Positions 1-8,650 of a stretch of DNA of 64,000 nt are shown here, piece after piece. Where the stretch lies: IMG/VR virus record IMGVR_UViG_3300017585_000267, positions 41,239 to 105,238 of that record, one strand, 5' to 3'. Made by a program: the position numbers and the translations under genes. Below the pieces are notes generated by a model that ran no database searches, had not been told where the DNA came from, and saw only the letters and a list, made by a program, of their open reading frames with translations. How positions within the stretch are numbered: position 1 is the first letter of the stretch; every line of letters starts with the position of its first letter. This DNA comes from a virus (Duplodnaviria; Caudoviricetes).

Positions 1-736
1 TTCCCCGAAGGTGCAGGCACCTGGCCTCCCTAAGGGTGTTGTCGCCCCCCTCAAAGGAGATGTAGGTCTTCTTGCCCTCCCTGTAGATGTAGCCTATGGC
101 GTCGGCCTCGCCGCAGATGATGGGGCCCATCTTCCCTGCGAGGTCCAGGGTCATCTCGCTCTGCTCCTGGCTGTCCTTCGTGATCTGCTTGTCCTTCACG
201 TGGCACACAAGAATCAAGGTCTCGCAAAGCGGCTTGAACATGTTGATGATTTCCTTGATGGCAAGCCTGGTGTACAGGTAGCCCGAGCCATTGGGAAGCG
301 TCCTGACGTCCGCATTGGGGTCAAGTATCGGCCTTCCGTCCTTGTCCTTGGCCACCATCCCCATCTTGTCCTTCAAGTAGCCCCAGCCAGCTCCCATGGA
401 AGTCTTCCTGTACTTGCTGGCCGCCACCGCGAGGGACATCTCCTCGAGCCTCGAGGCATTGTCTATGGTGATGTACCTGTACGGCAGCTTTCCGCCGTTC
501 TCCCTTATCTTGTCCTCGATGGCGGACCTGATGTTGTATATGTCGGCCGCTCCCTTGGCCTGTATGACCATCGCGTCGAGGGCCCTGTAGCCATCCTCGA
601 GGTCTATGATGAGGTTGGAGTCCAGGGAGGCCACTATGCTGCTCTTCCCAGTCTTCGGCTTCCCGAAGAGCACCAGGAGCCTCGGGTTGTAACTGATTGC
701 CTTCCTACGTTCCGTAGGCAAAATGATGTTGCTCAT
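1..736 (-). CDS. AAA ATPase (AAA_24/Sak4-like), 3' end truncated by window
   Basis: Manual translation MSNIILPTERRKAISYNPRLLVLFGKPKTGKSS... gives a Walker A (GKPKTGKS), IIDLEDG, YITIDN and LILVCH; not in the ORF track because it runs off the window. Confidence 0.85.
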   Translation of the reverse strand, partial: MSNIILPTERRKAISYNPRLLVLFGKPKTGKSSIVASLDSNLIIDLEDGYRALDAMVIQAKGAADIYNIRSAIEDKIRENGGKLPYRYITIDNASRLEEMSLAVAASKYRKTSMGAGWGYLKDKMGMVAKDKDGRPILDPNADVRTLPNGSGYLYTRLAIKEIINMFKPLCETLILVCHVKDKQITKDSQEQSEMTLDLAGKMGPIICGEADAIGYIYREGKKTYISFEGGDNTLREARCLHLRG

Positions 737-835
737 AAATCGCTTCTGCTTTGATAATATTAAGTACAAAAATACCTGGAGTTTTCCAGGTATACAATAG
801 ATTGAATGAGTCGCTTTGGATGGCGAAGAACCTTC

Positions 836-1990
836 CTAAGCCGGCTCGAACACTGTCCCCGGGTTGAGGCTGTCCTGCTCCACCCTTCGAACGTAGTCAT
901 AGACGGCGTTGAGGCCATTTATGTCGTCGGACCTCGGCAGCTCCGAGAACATGCTGGTGGCCCCGTCGAAGAACAGCGGGACTATTAGCCCCCCGGCGCC
1001 GTAGTCCCTGTCGTCAAGGAACTCCAGGAACCTTCCGTAGTTCTTCAGCCTCTCTATGCTGTAGCCGTTGTACTCCCTCTTCCTGAACTTGTAGGGATTG
1101 AAGAGGCCCAATATGACGTTGGCGTCACGTGCGGTGGTCTTGCAATCCCCCAAGCCACTGACGGTGGGCCTCATCATGTCGACCTTGATGCTTTCCAGGC
1201 CTTCCTGCGCCTGGGCCTGGTGCTGGATGAACACGAAGATGTACTTGAGCTGCTTCCTCAGCGAGATGCCGTACTTCGACATCCTGTCTATGGTCTCCAT
1301 CCTGCTGTTGCAGCCGCTCTCCTGCACGAGGTTCGCGCCGTTGTCAAGGATTATTATCCTGTACTCGTCCTCGTCGTCCTGGGTGTATGGGTTGATGGGG
1401 TCGACCACGGGAACCTCCTCAACCTTGCCTGTGACGTCGTTCTTCCTCCTGACCACGGTGTAGTTCATGTGACCGTGCTCAAGGGCGTAGTTCCTGCACA
1501 CCTTGTTGATTCCCGTGGGGTTCTTGGTGGTGTCGTCGAAGGACACCATCCTGTCATAGGCCTCTATGTACGGCCTGTACCTGGCGGACTCAAGGAGCTC
1601 GAAGATGTGGGGGTCACAGGGGTGGCTGCGGTCGGTGCTTCTGAGAATCTTGGGCGAGATGTGCACCCTGTCCAGCCTGGACAGCAGGTAGCACAGGAAC
1701 TCGTCGTACTTCTCGGCGGCGCTCATCTCAAGGGAGAAGTAAAGCACCCGCACCTTGAGCTCGGGATGGGACATCATGAAGAACAGGGGCTCGTAGATGA
1801 ACATGTAGTCGCTCAGCTTCGACTTCCCCACCTTCTGGTTCGCCGTGATCAGCACGAACTTGCCCCTCTCGAACCCCGGATATACATGCCTGGCCCGGGC
1901 GAAGGGGAACGGGAGGCAGTTGTACTTGCCGTCCAGCACCCTCTGCCTGCGGGCCTTGTATGCATCCAGCACTTCCTCGAACTTTCCCAT
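836..1990 (-). CDS. DnaB-like replicative helicase
   Basis: ANQKVGKS Walker A, YFSLEM, IIILDN, FIQHQ, LGDCKTTARDANVILGLF motifs. Confidence 0.85.
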   Translation of the reverse strand: MGKFEEVLDAYKARRQRVLDGKYNCLPFPFARARHVYPGFERGKFVLITANQKVGKSKLSDYMFIYEPLFFMMSHPELKVRVLYFSLEMSAAEKYDEFLCYLLSRLDRVHISPKILRSTDRSHPCDPHIFELLESARYRPYIEAYDRMVSFDDTTKNPTGINKVCRNYALEHGHMNYTVVRRKNDVTGKVEEVPVVDPINPYTQDDEDEYRIIILDNGANLVQESGCNSRMETIDRMSKYGISLRKQLKYIFVFIQHQAQAQEGLESIKVDMMRPTVSGLGDCKTTARDANVILGLFNPYKFRKREYNGYSIERLKNYGRFLEFLDDRDYGAGGLIVPLFFDGATSMFSELPRSDDINGLNAVYDYVRRVEQDSLNPGTVFEPA

Positions 1991-1992
1991 GG

Positions 1993-2646
1993 CTATAGCA
2001 TCGTCGTGGTCCAGTCCTCGGAACGGCTGTCGGGAACCTCCCCGGCCTCCTTCTCGTTGAGCGCGTTCTCGAGGTAGGTGGCGAGCTCAGACCTCACCAC
2101 CTTCTTCACGGTGCATCCGAGCTCGTCAAGTATGGGGACCTCCTTCGAGATGAAATACTTGCTGAGCTGGCGGCTCCTCGGGGAGTTGTCCATCTCCCTG
2201 TTGTAGTCTCTGGCTGCGGCGAGCACCGCCTCCTTGAAATTCTCCTTGTCCCCGTACCTCTTGACCAGTCCGTCATAGGAGGCCATGAACTTCTTGAACT
2301 TCAGCTTCAGCTCCCTCGAGTTGCACCTGTAGTAATAGGGAGTGGGCCCGCTGTTCCCAATCATCTTGCCTGGCGGCCAGAACTTCGCGAACTGCCTCAC
2401 CAGGTCGTCCAGCCATTCCTCATCATCCACGACGCCCGTGGAGTCCAGGAGGATTTCGTCAAGCTCCTCACTCCACCTCTGGGTGACGAGATAGTCCCTG
2501 CCGTTCTTCACCATGATCTCCCTGTCCAGCAGGTCCTTTATGTCCTTCCCCACGTCTGGGGATGTCCTCACCGCAAGGGCGAAGAGCACCTGCGGGATGG
2601 AGAGGTTGTGCTTCTCGGCAATCCTCTCATTGATTTGAAAATCCAT
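1993..2646 (-). CDS. Hypothetical replication-module protein
   Basis: 217-aa ORF abutting the helicase gene, host-like codon usage. Confidence 0.65.
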   Translation of the reverse strand: MDFQINERIAEKHNLSIPQVLFALAVRTSPDVGKDIKDLLDREIMVKNGRDYLVTQRWSEELDEILLDSTGVVDDEEWLDDLVRQFAKFWPPGKMIGNSGPTPYYYRCNSRELKLKFKKFMASYDGLVKRYGDKENFKEAVLAAARDYNREMDNSPRSRQLSKYFISKEVPILDELGCTVKKVVRSELATYLENALNEKEAGEVPDSRSEDWTTTML

Positions 2647-2669
2647 CTTCAGTCATCTTTACATTATCG

Positions 2670-2942
2670 CTATAGTTTCAATATCTGCTCGCTTACGTCC
2701 CTGAGGTGCCTGTTGAGGTCCTCGAGGATGCAGTCGCACACGTCCTCATGGAGCCGTCTCCTGAAGGACGTGGACAGCTTGCTCTGGGGATCGCTCTTGC
2801 AGAACGCGATGGAATCCATCCCACTGCCAACGGTGATGGTGCCGTAGAGTTTCCTGAACTCCCTCATCTTCTCTATGAGCTCCTTGCACTTGCGCCTTTC
2901 GCCCATCAGTGCGACGGCCTTGTCAAATGTCTCTTCCGTCAT
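2670..2942 (-). CDS. Hypothetical protein
   Basis: 90-aa ORF in operon; resembles ORF 5702-5845. Confidence 0.6.
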   Translation of the reverse strand: MTEETFDKAVALMGERRKCKELIEKMREFRKLYGTITVGSGMDSIAFCKSDPQSKLSTSFRRRLHEDVCDCILEDLNRHLRDVSEQILKL

Positions 2943-2945
2943 GGT

Positions 2946-4154
2946 CTATAGACAATCGGTTATGTCATTTACCTTCCTTATGAACCTGGGGTCATAGTCC
3001 CCCATCATGTCATTCACGATCTCCTCCTCCCTGGTGCCGCTGTAGTACGGGATGACTATCTTTGGGTGCCTGTGCCGGAGGAGACGGCCAATCCTCTGGA
3101 CCTTTATGGTGTCCGAGGAGTTGACGTTGGCGAAGATTCCCCACTGGCAGTTCACCAGGTTCACCCCTTCGTTGAGTATCTGGCAAGCCGTTATATGGTC
3201 TATCTTGCCTGAGTTGAACTCGTCGAGCAACTGGTCGTTCACCTTGTCGCCGTTTTTTGAGTGTATGCAGTGCGTCCCAAGGATTTCGGCCTGCTGCACG
3301 CTGCAACAGAAGGTGAGCGTCCTGAAGGGGGCCAGCTTCCCGAGGATTCCCAGTACGACCCGGTTCTTCGCGTTCGCGAGGAACTTCAGCCTCTCGCCGC
3401 AGAGGTTCAGCCAGGAATGCTTGGCCCACTCGCTGCGGGTTTTCTCGTAGAATCTCTTTCGGCGGTCTACCTCCTGATTGTACCACTGGAGCTTCTGCCT
3501 CTGGGTCGCCCTGAGGTCGGCCCTCTCCCCCGACTTCCTGTACTTCCAGGCCATCTCGTAGTCGTCTTTAATCACAGGGTTTCTCGCCTTGGGATTAATC
3601 GCCACCACCTCCCCCCTCTCCCTGTTGTCAAGCTGGAGCGGAAGCAGGTATATCTCGGGTTCAGGGAGGACTCCCCCATCGATCGCCTCCTGTGTAGTCA
3701 CGGAGACGACGCCGACGTTGTAATGAATCCTGAGCCAATGCCTCAAGTTGTCCGGTATGGTCGCCGAGAGGCCTATGAGATGACTGAACCTGAGGGTGGA
3801 CAGGCTGAGGAGCCTCGCGTCAGACCCGACATGGTGCACCTCGTCGGCTATCACCACGTCGAAGTACTCCTCCTCGTGCCTGTGGAGGGACTCGTAGCAT
3901 TCCATGAGAACCTTCACCGGGAGCCCGGCGAAGCTGCCCCACTTCGAGATTTCATCGGACCAGGTGTCCTTGTGGACCCTCTTCGCCACAAGCAGGAGTA
4001 TCCTGCATTCCCTCGAGGGGTCCTTCAGGCAGAGCTGCCGAACGAGGTCCAGGGAGAGCTTCGTCTTCCCGTAGCCGGTCCCCGCCTCTATTATGAGGTG
4101 CGGGGATGTCTTGAGTACCCTAAGGCACTCCTGCCTTACGTCTTCCCTGTTCAT
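2946..4154 (-). CDS. Superfamily 2 (DEAD/DEXH) helicase
   Basis: GTGYGKT, DEVH, LSAT, ILNEGVNL, QRIGRLLR; start at MNREDV with ATGA overlap to the upstream stop. Confidence 0.9.
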   Translation of the reverse strand: MNREDVRQECLRVLKTSPHLIIEAGTGYGKTKLSLDLVRQLCLKDPSRECRILLLVAKRVHKDTWSDEISKWGSFAGLPVKVLMECYESLHRHEEEYFDVVIADEVHHVGSDARLLSLSTLRFSHLIGLSATIPDNLRHWLRIHYNVGVVSVTTQEAIDGGVLPEPEIYLLPLQLDNRERGEVVAINPKARNPVIKDDYEMAWKYRKSGERADLRATQRQKLQWYNQEVDRRKRFYEKTRSEWAKHSWLNLCGERLKFLANAKNRVVLGILGKLAPFRTLTFCCSVQQAEILGTHCIHSKNGDKVNDQLLDEFNSGKIDHITACQILNEGVNLVNCQWGIFANVNSSDTIKVQRIGRLLRHRHPKIVIPYYSGTREEEIVNDMMGDYDPRFIRKVNDITDCL

Positions 4155-4396
4155 AGTGTAAACAATGTCTTGGTTTCCCTCACCCTGGCGGAGATGTCGT
4201 TGCCCTCGTTGTCCCGCCACTTGTAGTAGCGCCAGTAGGTGACCTGTATCTTCCTGTGCTTGCCGTCAATCCACACGGCCCCGAACTCAAACCAGTACTT
4301 CGCGAGGAAATGCCTCACGACCAGGAACACGAGAACCGCAAGCGGCAGGATGAGCAACCACTGTACGCTGGCGTCAGTTACCATGAGGCAGCGCAT
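4151..4396 (-). CDS. Small membrane protein
   Basis: MRCLMV...WLLILPLAVLVFLVV hydrophobic stretch; coupled start and stop overlaps on both sides. Confidence 0.55.
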   Translation of the reverse strand: MRCLMVTDASVQWLLILPLAVLVFLVVRHFLAKYWFEFGAVWIDGKHRKIQVTYWRYYKWRDNEGNDISARVRETKTLFTL

Positions 4397-4467
4397 CAGT
4401 CGTCCCCTCCTGACAGACAGAACAGGGCGACGATGAATACGATCATTACGTGTGACCAGATAATCAT
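4396..4467 (-). CDS. 23-aa hydrophobic mini-protein
   Basis: MIIWSHVMIVFIVALFCLSGGDD*, TGATG overlap with the next gene, A-rich leader. Confidence 0.4.
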   Translation of the reverse strand: MIIWSHVMIVFIVALFCLSGGDD

Positions 4468-4733
4468 AGCTCCTTAAGTTTAAAAGGCATCGGCAGGCGT
4501 CCTGGAAGAAAGTAAGGGAAATGGCAAAAATAAAGCCCAAGACGTATGCCGACACCGAAAGTCCTTTAAAAAGTGCCGAAGGATGGCCTATGGAAAACCC
4601 CTGAAAAGAACCAGAAACGGGGCGTACAGCCAGCCACCCTTCGGCACGACATCCATGTAAATTCAATATGCAAAGATAGGAAACAATTCCCATTATTGCC
4701 AAACAAAACCAAGGTTCAGCGGAGCGCCGGCCC

Positions 4734-4946
4734 TCAGTCCTCCCGGGACCTGCGCCTCCCTATGCACCTGCTGGCCCACTTGAGCCATTCGCTGTCGACG
4801 AAGTAGGCCTGCTGCCCATACTCCGAGACACCCATGTCGTCATTTATGAGGTAGGAGTTGCTGTCAAAGCCGTCCAGCTCCATGTAGGACTGCGACTCAG
4901 GCCAGCACACCACCTGAAAAAGCCTAGGTCTCTCCATGTCAGCCAA
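4734..4946 (-). CDS. Hypothetical protein
   Basis: 70-aa ORF (VCWPESQSYME...YGQQAYFV) overlapping the upstream stop. Confidence 0.65.
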   Translation of the reverse strand: MADMERPRLFQVVCWPESQSYMELDGFDSNSYLINDDMGVSEYGQQAYFVDSEWLKWASRCIGRRRSRED

Positions 4947-5229
4947 TGTTAAGCAGCGAGGCGACCTTCCAAAGGACCCTCTTGAGCCTCATCTTCCACA
5001 TCCAGCACCAGCTGTACGAGGGGCTGCCGCCCATAGCCAGCAGGCAGGTGTTCCTGCGGTCCCTTGCGAGGTGTCCATACCAACGGTCCTCGCAGGCCTT
5101 GGGTGTCCTCCCGATCTCGTCGGACACCATGATGAAGCACCTTGACATGTTCTGTGGGAAGGCCGTGACCTGCCTTATGAGCCTGAGGTCCTCGGCCTGC
5201 GTCCACTTTCTCTTTGGTGAAGTTGCCAT
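4939..5229 (-). CDS. Myb/SANT-like HTH protein
   Basis: KWTQAEDLRL...IGRTPKACEDRW matches the Myb/RsfA-type pattern. Confidence 0.7.
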   Translation of the reverse strand: MATSPKRKWTQAEDLRLIRQVTAFPQNMSRCFIMVSDEIGRTPKACEDRWYGHLARDRRNTCLLAMGGSPSYSWCWMWKMRLKRVLWKVASLLNIG

Positions 5230-5335
5230 AGTTGTTGTTTTTAATGGTTGTTGAAAAATAAGTGACGCCATCCAGTGCCTGCCGAAAACAGCTCCAGTTG
5301 ACTATTGAATGCCTGCACGGGAGGGTGTCACCTTG

Positions 5336-5407
5336 TAGCTCCAGCAGGAATCGAACCTGCACCTGGGGTTTAGGAAACCCCCGTTCTGTCCGTTGAACTA
5401 TGGAGCC
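5336..5407 (-). tRNA. tRNA-Arg(CCT)
   Basis: Canonical cloverleaf: acceptor GGCTCCA/TGGAGCT, anticodon arm GGGGT-TTCCTAA-ACCCC, T-loop TTCGATT. Confidence 0.92.
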
Positions 5408-5442
5408 AAATGAGGGATGCCTTCAATGGGACAGCCCCTTTG

Positions 5443-5514
5443 CAATGGGCAGCGGAATCGAACCACTGTCTCAAGGTTGAAGACCTTGCGTACTGACCGC
5501 TATACCAGCCCACC
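5443..5514 (-). tRNA. Atypical tRNA, most like Glu(TTC) with C33
   Basis: Acceptor GGTGGGC/GCCCATT, D-stem GTAT/GTAC, anticodon arm CAAGG-TCTTCAA-CCTTG, 4-nt variable loop, G discriminator. Confidence 0.7.
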
Positions 5515-5701
5515 TTATAAAGCCTGGCGATCCTCACGGACAGCCAGGCCATTCCATAAACCGTAAAAAAAGTTGATGAACAAAAACTAAGCTATGAATA
5601 ACCGCACTATGTTCCATAGCAGTCCTTGCAAAGCTACAAAATGAGGATGACAACCACAAAGGCCTTAACGCCATCCTTATGTACGTTAAAGGCCTGTGTA
5701 C

Positions 5702-5845
5702 CTATAGCCTCGAGATCAGTCCCTCAAGCTCGTCGACGTGCATAGACAGACGTTCCTTCATGCCGCGCAGCTGCTTCAACAGGTATGCGCACCTGTCCTT
5801 CTCGGCGATGAGTCTCTTCGCCTCGTTGAATGTACTGTAGTCCAT
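5702..5845 (-). CDS. Hypothetical 47-aa protein
   Basis: MDYSTFNEAKRLIAEKDRCAYLLKQLR...; A-rich leader; similar to 2670-2942. Confidence 0.55.
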   Translation of the reverse strand: MDYSTFNEAKRLIAEKDRCAYLLKQLRGMKERLSMHVDELEGLISRL

Positions 5846-5853
5846 AATTCTTT

Positions 5854-6177
5854 TTAATTTTCTCGTTCAGCCAATCGTTCGGCGACTTCTTCAAGCTGGT
5901 CTGCTATGAGGCCACCGAGGTTCTCCAAATCCATCAAGTGCTTCTTGACGTCATCCTGTAGCCCCCGAAGCTTCCCGATGTCATCCATTACGACGGGAAT
6001 GCCATTCGAGATGTCCGGAATGCTTCCGTCGGCCATTCCACGAAGCCTGAAGATGGTTCGGTCCAGCCTTTCACGGATGTTCCAGATGCAGTCAAGCAAG
6101 GAATCCTCATATACCTGAAGTTCCTTGAGGTCGCACCCAACAAGGTACAGCCTGTCCAAAGGCGAAAGGCCGCTCAT
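5854..6177 (-). CDS. Hypothetical coiled-coil protein
   Basis: ATGA overlap with the ligase stop. Confidence 0.6.
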   Translation of the reverse strand: MSGLSPLDRLYLVGCDLKELQVYEDSLLDCIWNIRERLDRTIFRLRGMADGSIPDISNGIPVVMDDIGKLRGLQDDVKKHLMDLENLGGLIADQLEEVAERLAEREN

Positions 6178-7637
6178 ATCGCACCCTCCCACATCTCGGT
6201 CCCTACAATCCCCCTGTCCATCTCCGAGGCCTCATGGGTCATGAACCTTACGCCCTTGTATTTGAAGGCTTCGGGAACCGGGTCATCCACAATCCTGAGG
6301 ACGACTCCCTCCCTGGGAACCTTGTAGTCGCACATGGGCTCATTTTCCTCAAGGTGGAACATTCCCTTGAGTTCCCCAAAGGCCCTTTCCGGGAAGGATT
6401 CGTCTTGATTGATGTCTGGAAACAGGGCTTCACAGGGGCCAGTCCACAGGATTTCAATGGGCATCAGGATTGGGTGGGTTCCCATGTTCCCAACCGTCCA
6501 CTCCCTCACCTCGTCCACGCCCCACTCCCTCTTGGTGCCGTCGGAACTTTCAGTGGTTATCCTATAAGGCATCAGCCTGCACTCGCCCCTCCTGCAACCG
6601 TAGTCATATCCCTGCTGTATGAAGGTGCCTGTGCCGGGGAGGTAGCCTACTATCTCGCCATAGAGGGACATCCCCTCCGGGATTATATCCTTCAGCTTCT
6701 CCGCCACATGGCTCCAAACGTCCACGTCATAGTAGCTTTTGGCGCCCTTGCAGACCCACCTGTTCTTTATGACGGTGCGCGAGGACCAGATGTACCTGTA
6801 ATCAACGATGAAGTCCTCCCTGCGCAATGAGGGGAACGCCCTTGAAAGGAAGTTGCCGATGCACCTCACCAAGGAGAACCCCTTGGGAATGCGGCACATC
6901 ACGTTGGCCAGGATGACACTTGTGCCATGGAGCTTCGTAGTGATCACCAAATTGTTGTCAGGCCTGAGCACCCTTCCGAAGTTCTTCCCGAGGGGCTGCG
7001 TGTCGTAGTGGAACATGAACTCCCCGGGGATTATGGTGTCGAACCTTTTCAGCCTGTTGTTCCTTTTATCCTTAGGAGCCTTGAAGGACTTCTCCACCTT
7101 ATAAGGCAGGTACGCCTGCACGAAGAGCCTCCCGTCCACGGTGTCGAAGTCCTCCCCTACGTGTGACGTAAAGTCATAGCCCTCGAGCTTGGGGCAATAG
7201 CGCACAAGCTCCCTGGTGGTGAAGAGGCAGCCGAAGGACTGTACCCCACGGAGCTTCACCGTCCTCACCCTGCAACTCTTGGTGAAGTAACCGGTCATTC
7301 CCCGAAGCCTCCCCTCAAGTTCCCTTCTATCCCCCTCTTCCTTGGATTTCCGCATCGCCTCCTCGACCTCAAGCCACTCGCGGTAGTTGGCGTTCCTCTC
7401 GGGCTTGTCGAAGAGGTTGTTCACCCTGAGGAATTCATGGGACAGCTGGCACTCGTTCGATGCGTAGAGCATCACCTCCCCCTCCTTCACGCGGTCCTTC
7501 CTGACCACGGTAGGCTGGCCAGCTATGTCCACCACCCCAAGGAAGTCGGATCCTTCGATTGGGGTCACCTTGGGTATCCTCACCAAGGTGCAGCAGTACT
7601 CATGCGAGCCTGCGCTTGAAAAGCTTATAAGTTCCAT
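6174..7637 (-). CDS. ATP-dependent RNA ligase (Rnl5/DRB0094-like)
   Basis: Motif I TKLHGTS, WSSRT, LYGEIVG, REGVVLR, FKYK; N-terminal PIEGSDFL module. Confidence 0.85.
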   Translation of the reverse strand: MELISFSSAGSHEYCCTLVRIPKVTPIEGSDFLGVVDIAGQPTVVRKDRVKEGEVMLYASNECQLSHEFLRVNNLFDKPERNANYREWLEVEEAMRKSKEEGDRRELEGRLRGMTGYFTKSCRVRTVKLRGVQSFGCLFTTRELVRYCPKLEGYDFTSHVGEDFDTVDGRLFVQAYLPYKVEKSFKAPKDKRNNRLKRFDTIIPGEFMFHYDTQPLGKNFGRVLRPDNNLVITTKLHGTSVILANVMCRIPKGFSLVRCIGNFLSRAFPSLRREDFIVDYRYIWSSRTVIKNRWVCKGAKSYYDVDVWSHVAEKLKDIIPEGMSLYGEIVGYLPGTGTFIQQGYDYGCRRGECRLMPYRITTESSDGTKREWGVDEVREWTVGNMGTHPILMPIEILWTGPCEALFPDINQDESFPERAFGELKGMFHLEENEPMCDYKVPREGVVLRIVDDPVPEAFKYKGVRFMTHEASEMDRGIVGTEMWEGAI

Positions 7638-7808
7638 ATGGCAACAGTTGTCGTTTATGCCGTGACTATAAAAAATAAAAAAATAAAAAACAAAAAACAA
7701 GGGGACACGGCAAGCCGCATCCCCCAGAAAGCGTCGACCAGTTTGTGGAAAACAAACAGGACGTTTAAAATTTTTAAAGTTAAACAGTATTCACCGGCCG
7801 ACGCCTTG

Positions 7809-7877
7809 AAGGGACGGCAGGGGTCGAACCTGCGTCTCCCGAAAACCGGGGCTCTCTCCCAATTGAGCTACGTCCCT
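7809..7877 (-). ncRNA. tRNA-like element with truncated anticodon arm
   Basis: Perfect acceptor AGGGACG/CGTCCCT, D arm GCTC/GAGC, T arm GCAGG-TTCGACC-CCTGC, but the anticodon arm is only CCCGGTTTTCGGG. Confidence 0.75.
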
Positions 7878-7884
7878 TGGCAGA

Positions 7885-8166
7885 CTATGCCTGCACTCGA
7901 ACGATGTCCTCCTCACCGGGCCTCTCAAGCGTTACGAGCTGAGCCTTCGAGAGGTCAACCTTGTCCCCCACCCCAAGCTCGGAATCCCTGGAGAGCGGGA
8001 TATAGGTCTGTCCGCCCGCCTTCATTATGAAGCATACGCTGTTCCCATACTGGGAAGCCACCACTTCCGCGCTCTTCACCGAAGAGATCTCCTCGGCGTC
8101 AAATGACCGCAATGACTTCACGCTCCAGTTTCCGGCGTAGCTCTTGAGGGTCGAAAAGATGTTCAT
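7885..8166 (-). CDS. 93-aa protein, paralog 1 of 3
   Basis: MNIFSTLKSYAGNW...VKSAEVVASQYG...MKAGGQTYIPLS; clearly aligns with 11954-12235 and 12509-12790. Confidence 0.85.
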   Translation of the reverse strand: MNIFSTLKSYAGNWSVKSLRSFDAEEISSVKSAEVVASQYGNSVCFIMKAGGQTYIPLSRDSELGVGDKVDLSKAQLVTLERPGEEDIVRVQA

Positions 8167-8638
8167 AAGTTTCATCGCCAATGCCCTTTGGACTTGTTTT
8201 GGTACCTGGCTCACCTGTTGTTGTTGTTAAATGTAGTACTGAGGAATACTTCCGGCTGGCGCCGTACCCCAAATATCGGGGAAGTGTAATGGGCAGGTGT
8301 CGCTCTATGCGGCTCCCATAAATCCACGTTTCACTGGAATACAGTTCCCCGGGCCTTCCACATGACGGCTGTATGGAACATAAAACGGCGGCCATGCCTC
8401 AAATGGAGTACTTCTTCGACAATGCCGACGTCCGTAAAGCCAATGACTGAATGGGCGCATTTTTCCTAAAAGGGAAGCACAAAAATGCCGGATGCGGGCC
8501 TGGGGTTCCCCATGAATGCCAGGGTACAGGCAGTAAAGTCGGGAAGAAATGGGTCGGGGGAAGGGATTATGGGGAAGAGCCGGGGATGAAGGGGATGGAA
8601 GACACTGTGAAACAATTTGCAAGTTTAAAAAAAAGTGT

Positions 8639-8646
8639 TATATTTG
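8639..8646 (+). promoter_or_regulatory. Bacteroidota sigma-A promoter -7 box
   Basis: TATATTTG with TTTG about 20 nt upstream; no credible ORF downstream. Confidence 0.75.
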
Positions 8647-8650
8647 CGGT

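Noticed and set aside
5261-5332. Theta (HDV-like) ribozyme after tRNA-Arg
   Set aside because: Could not fit the nested P1-P2-P3 double pseudoknot by eye; it folds as a simple long hairpin
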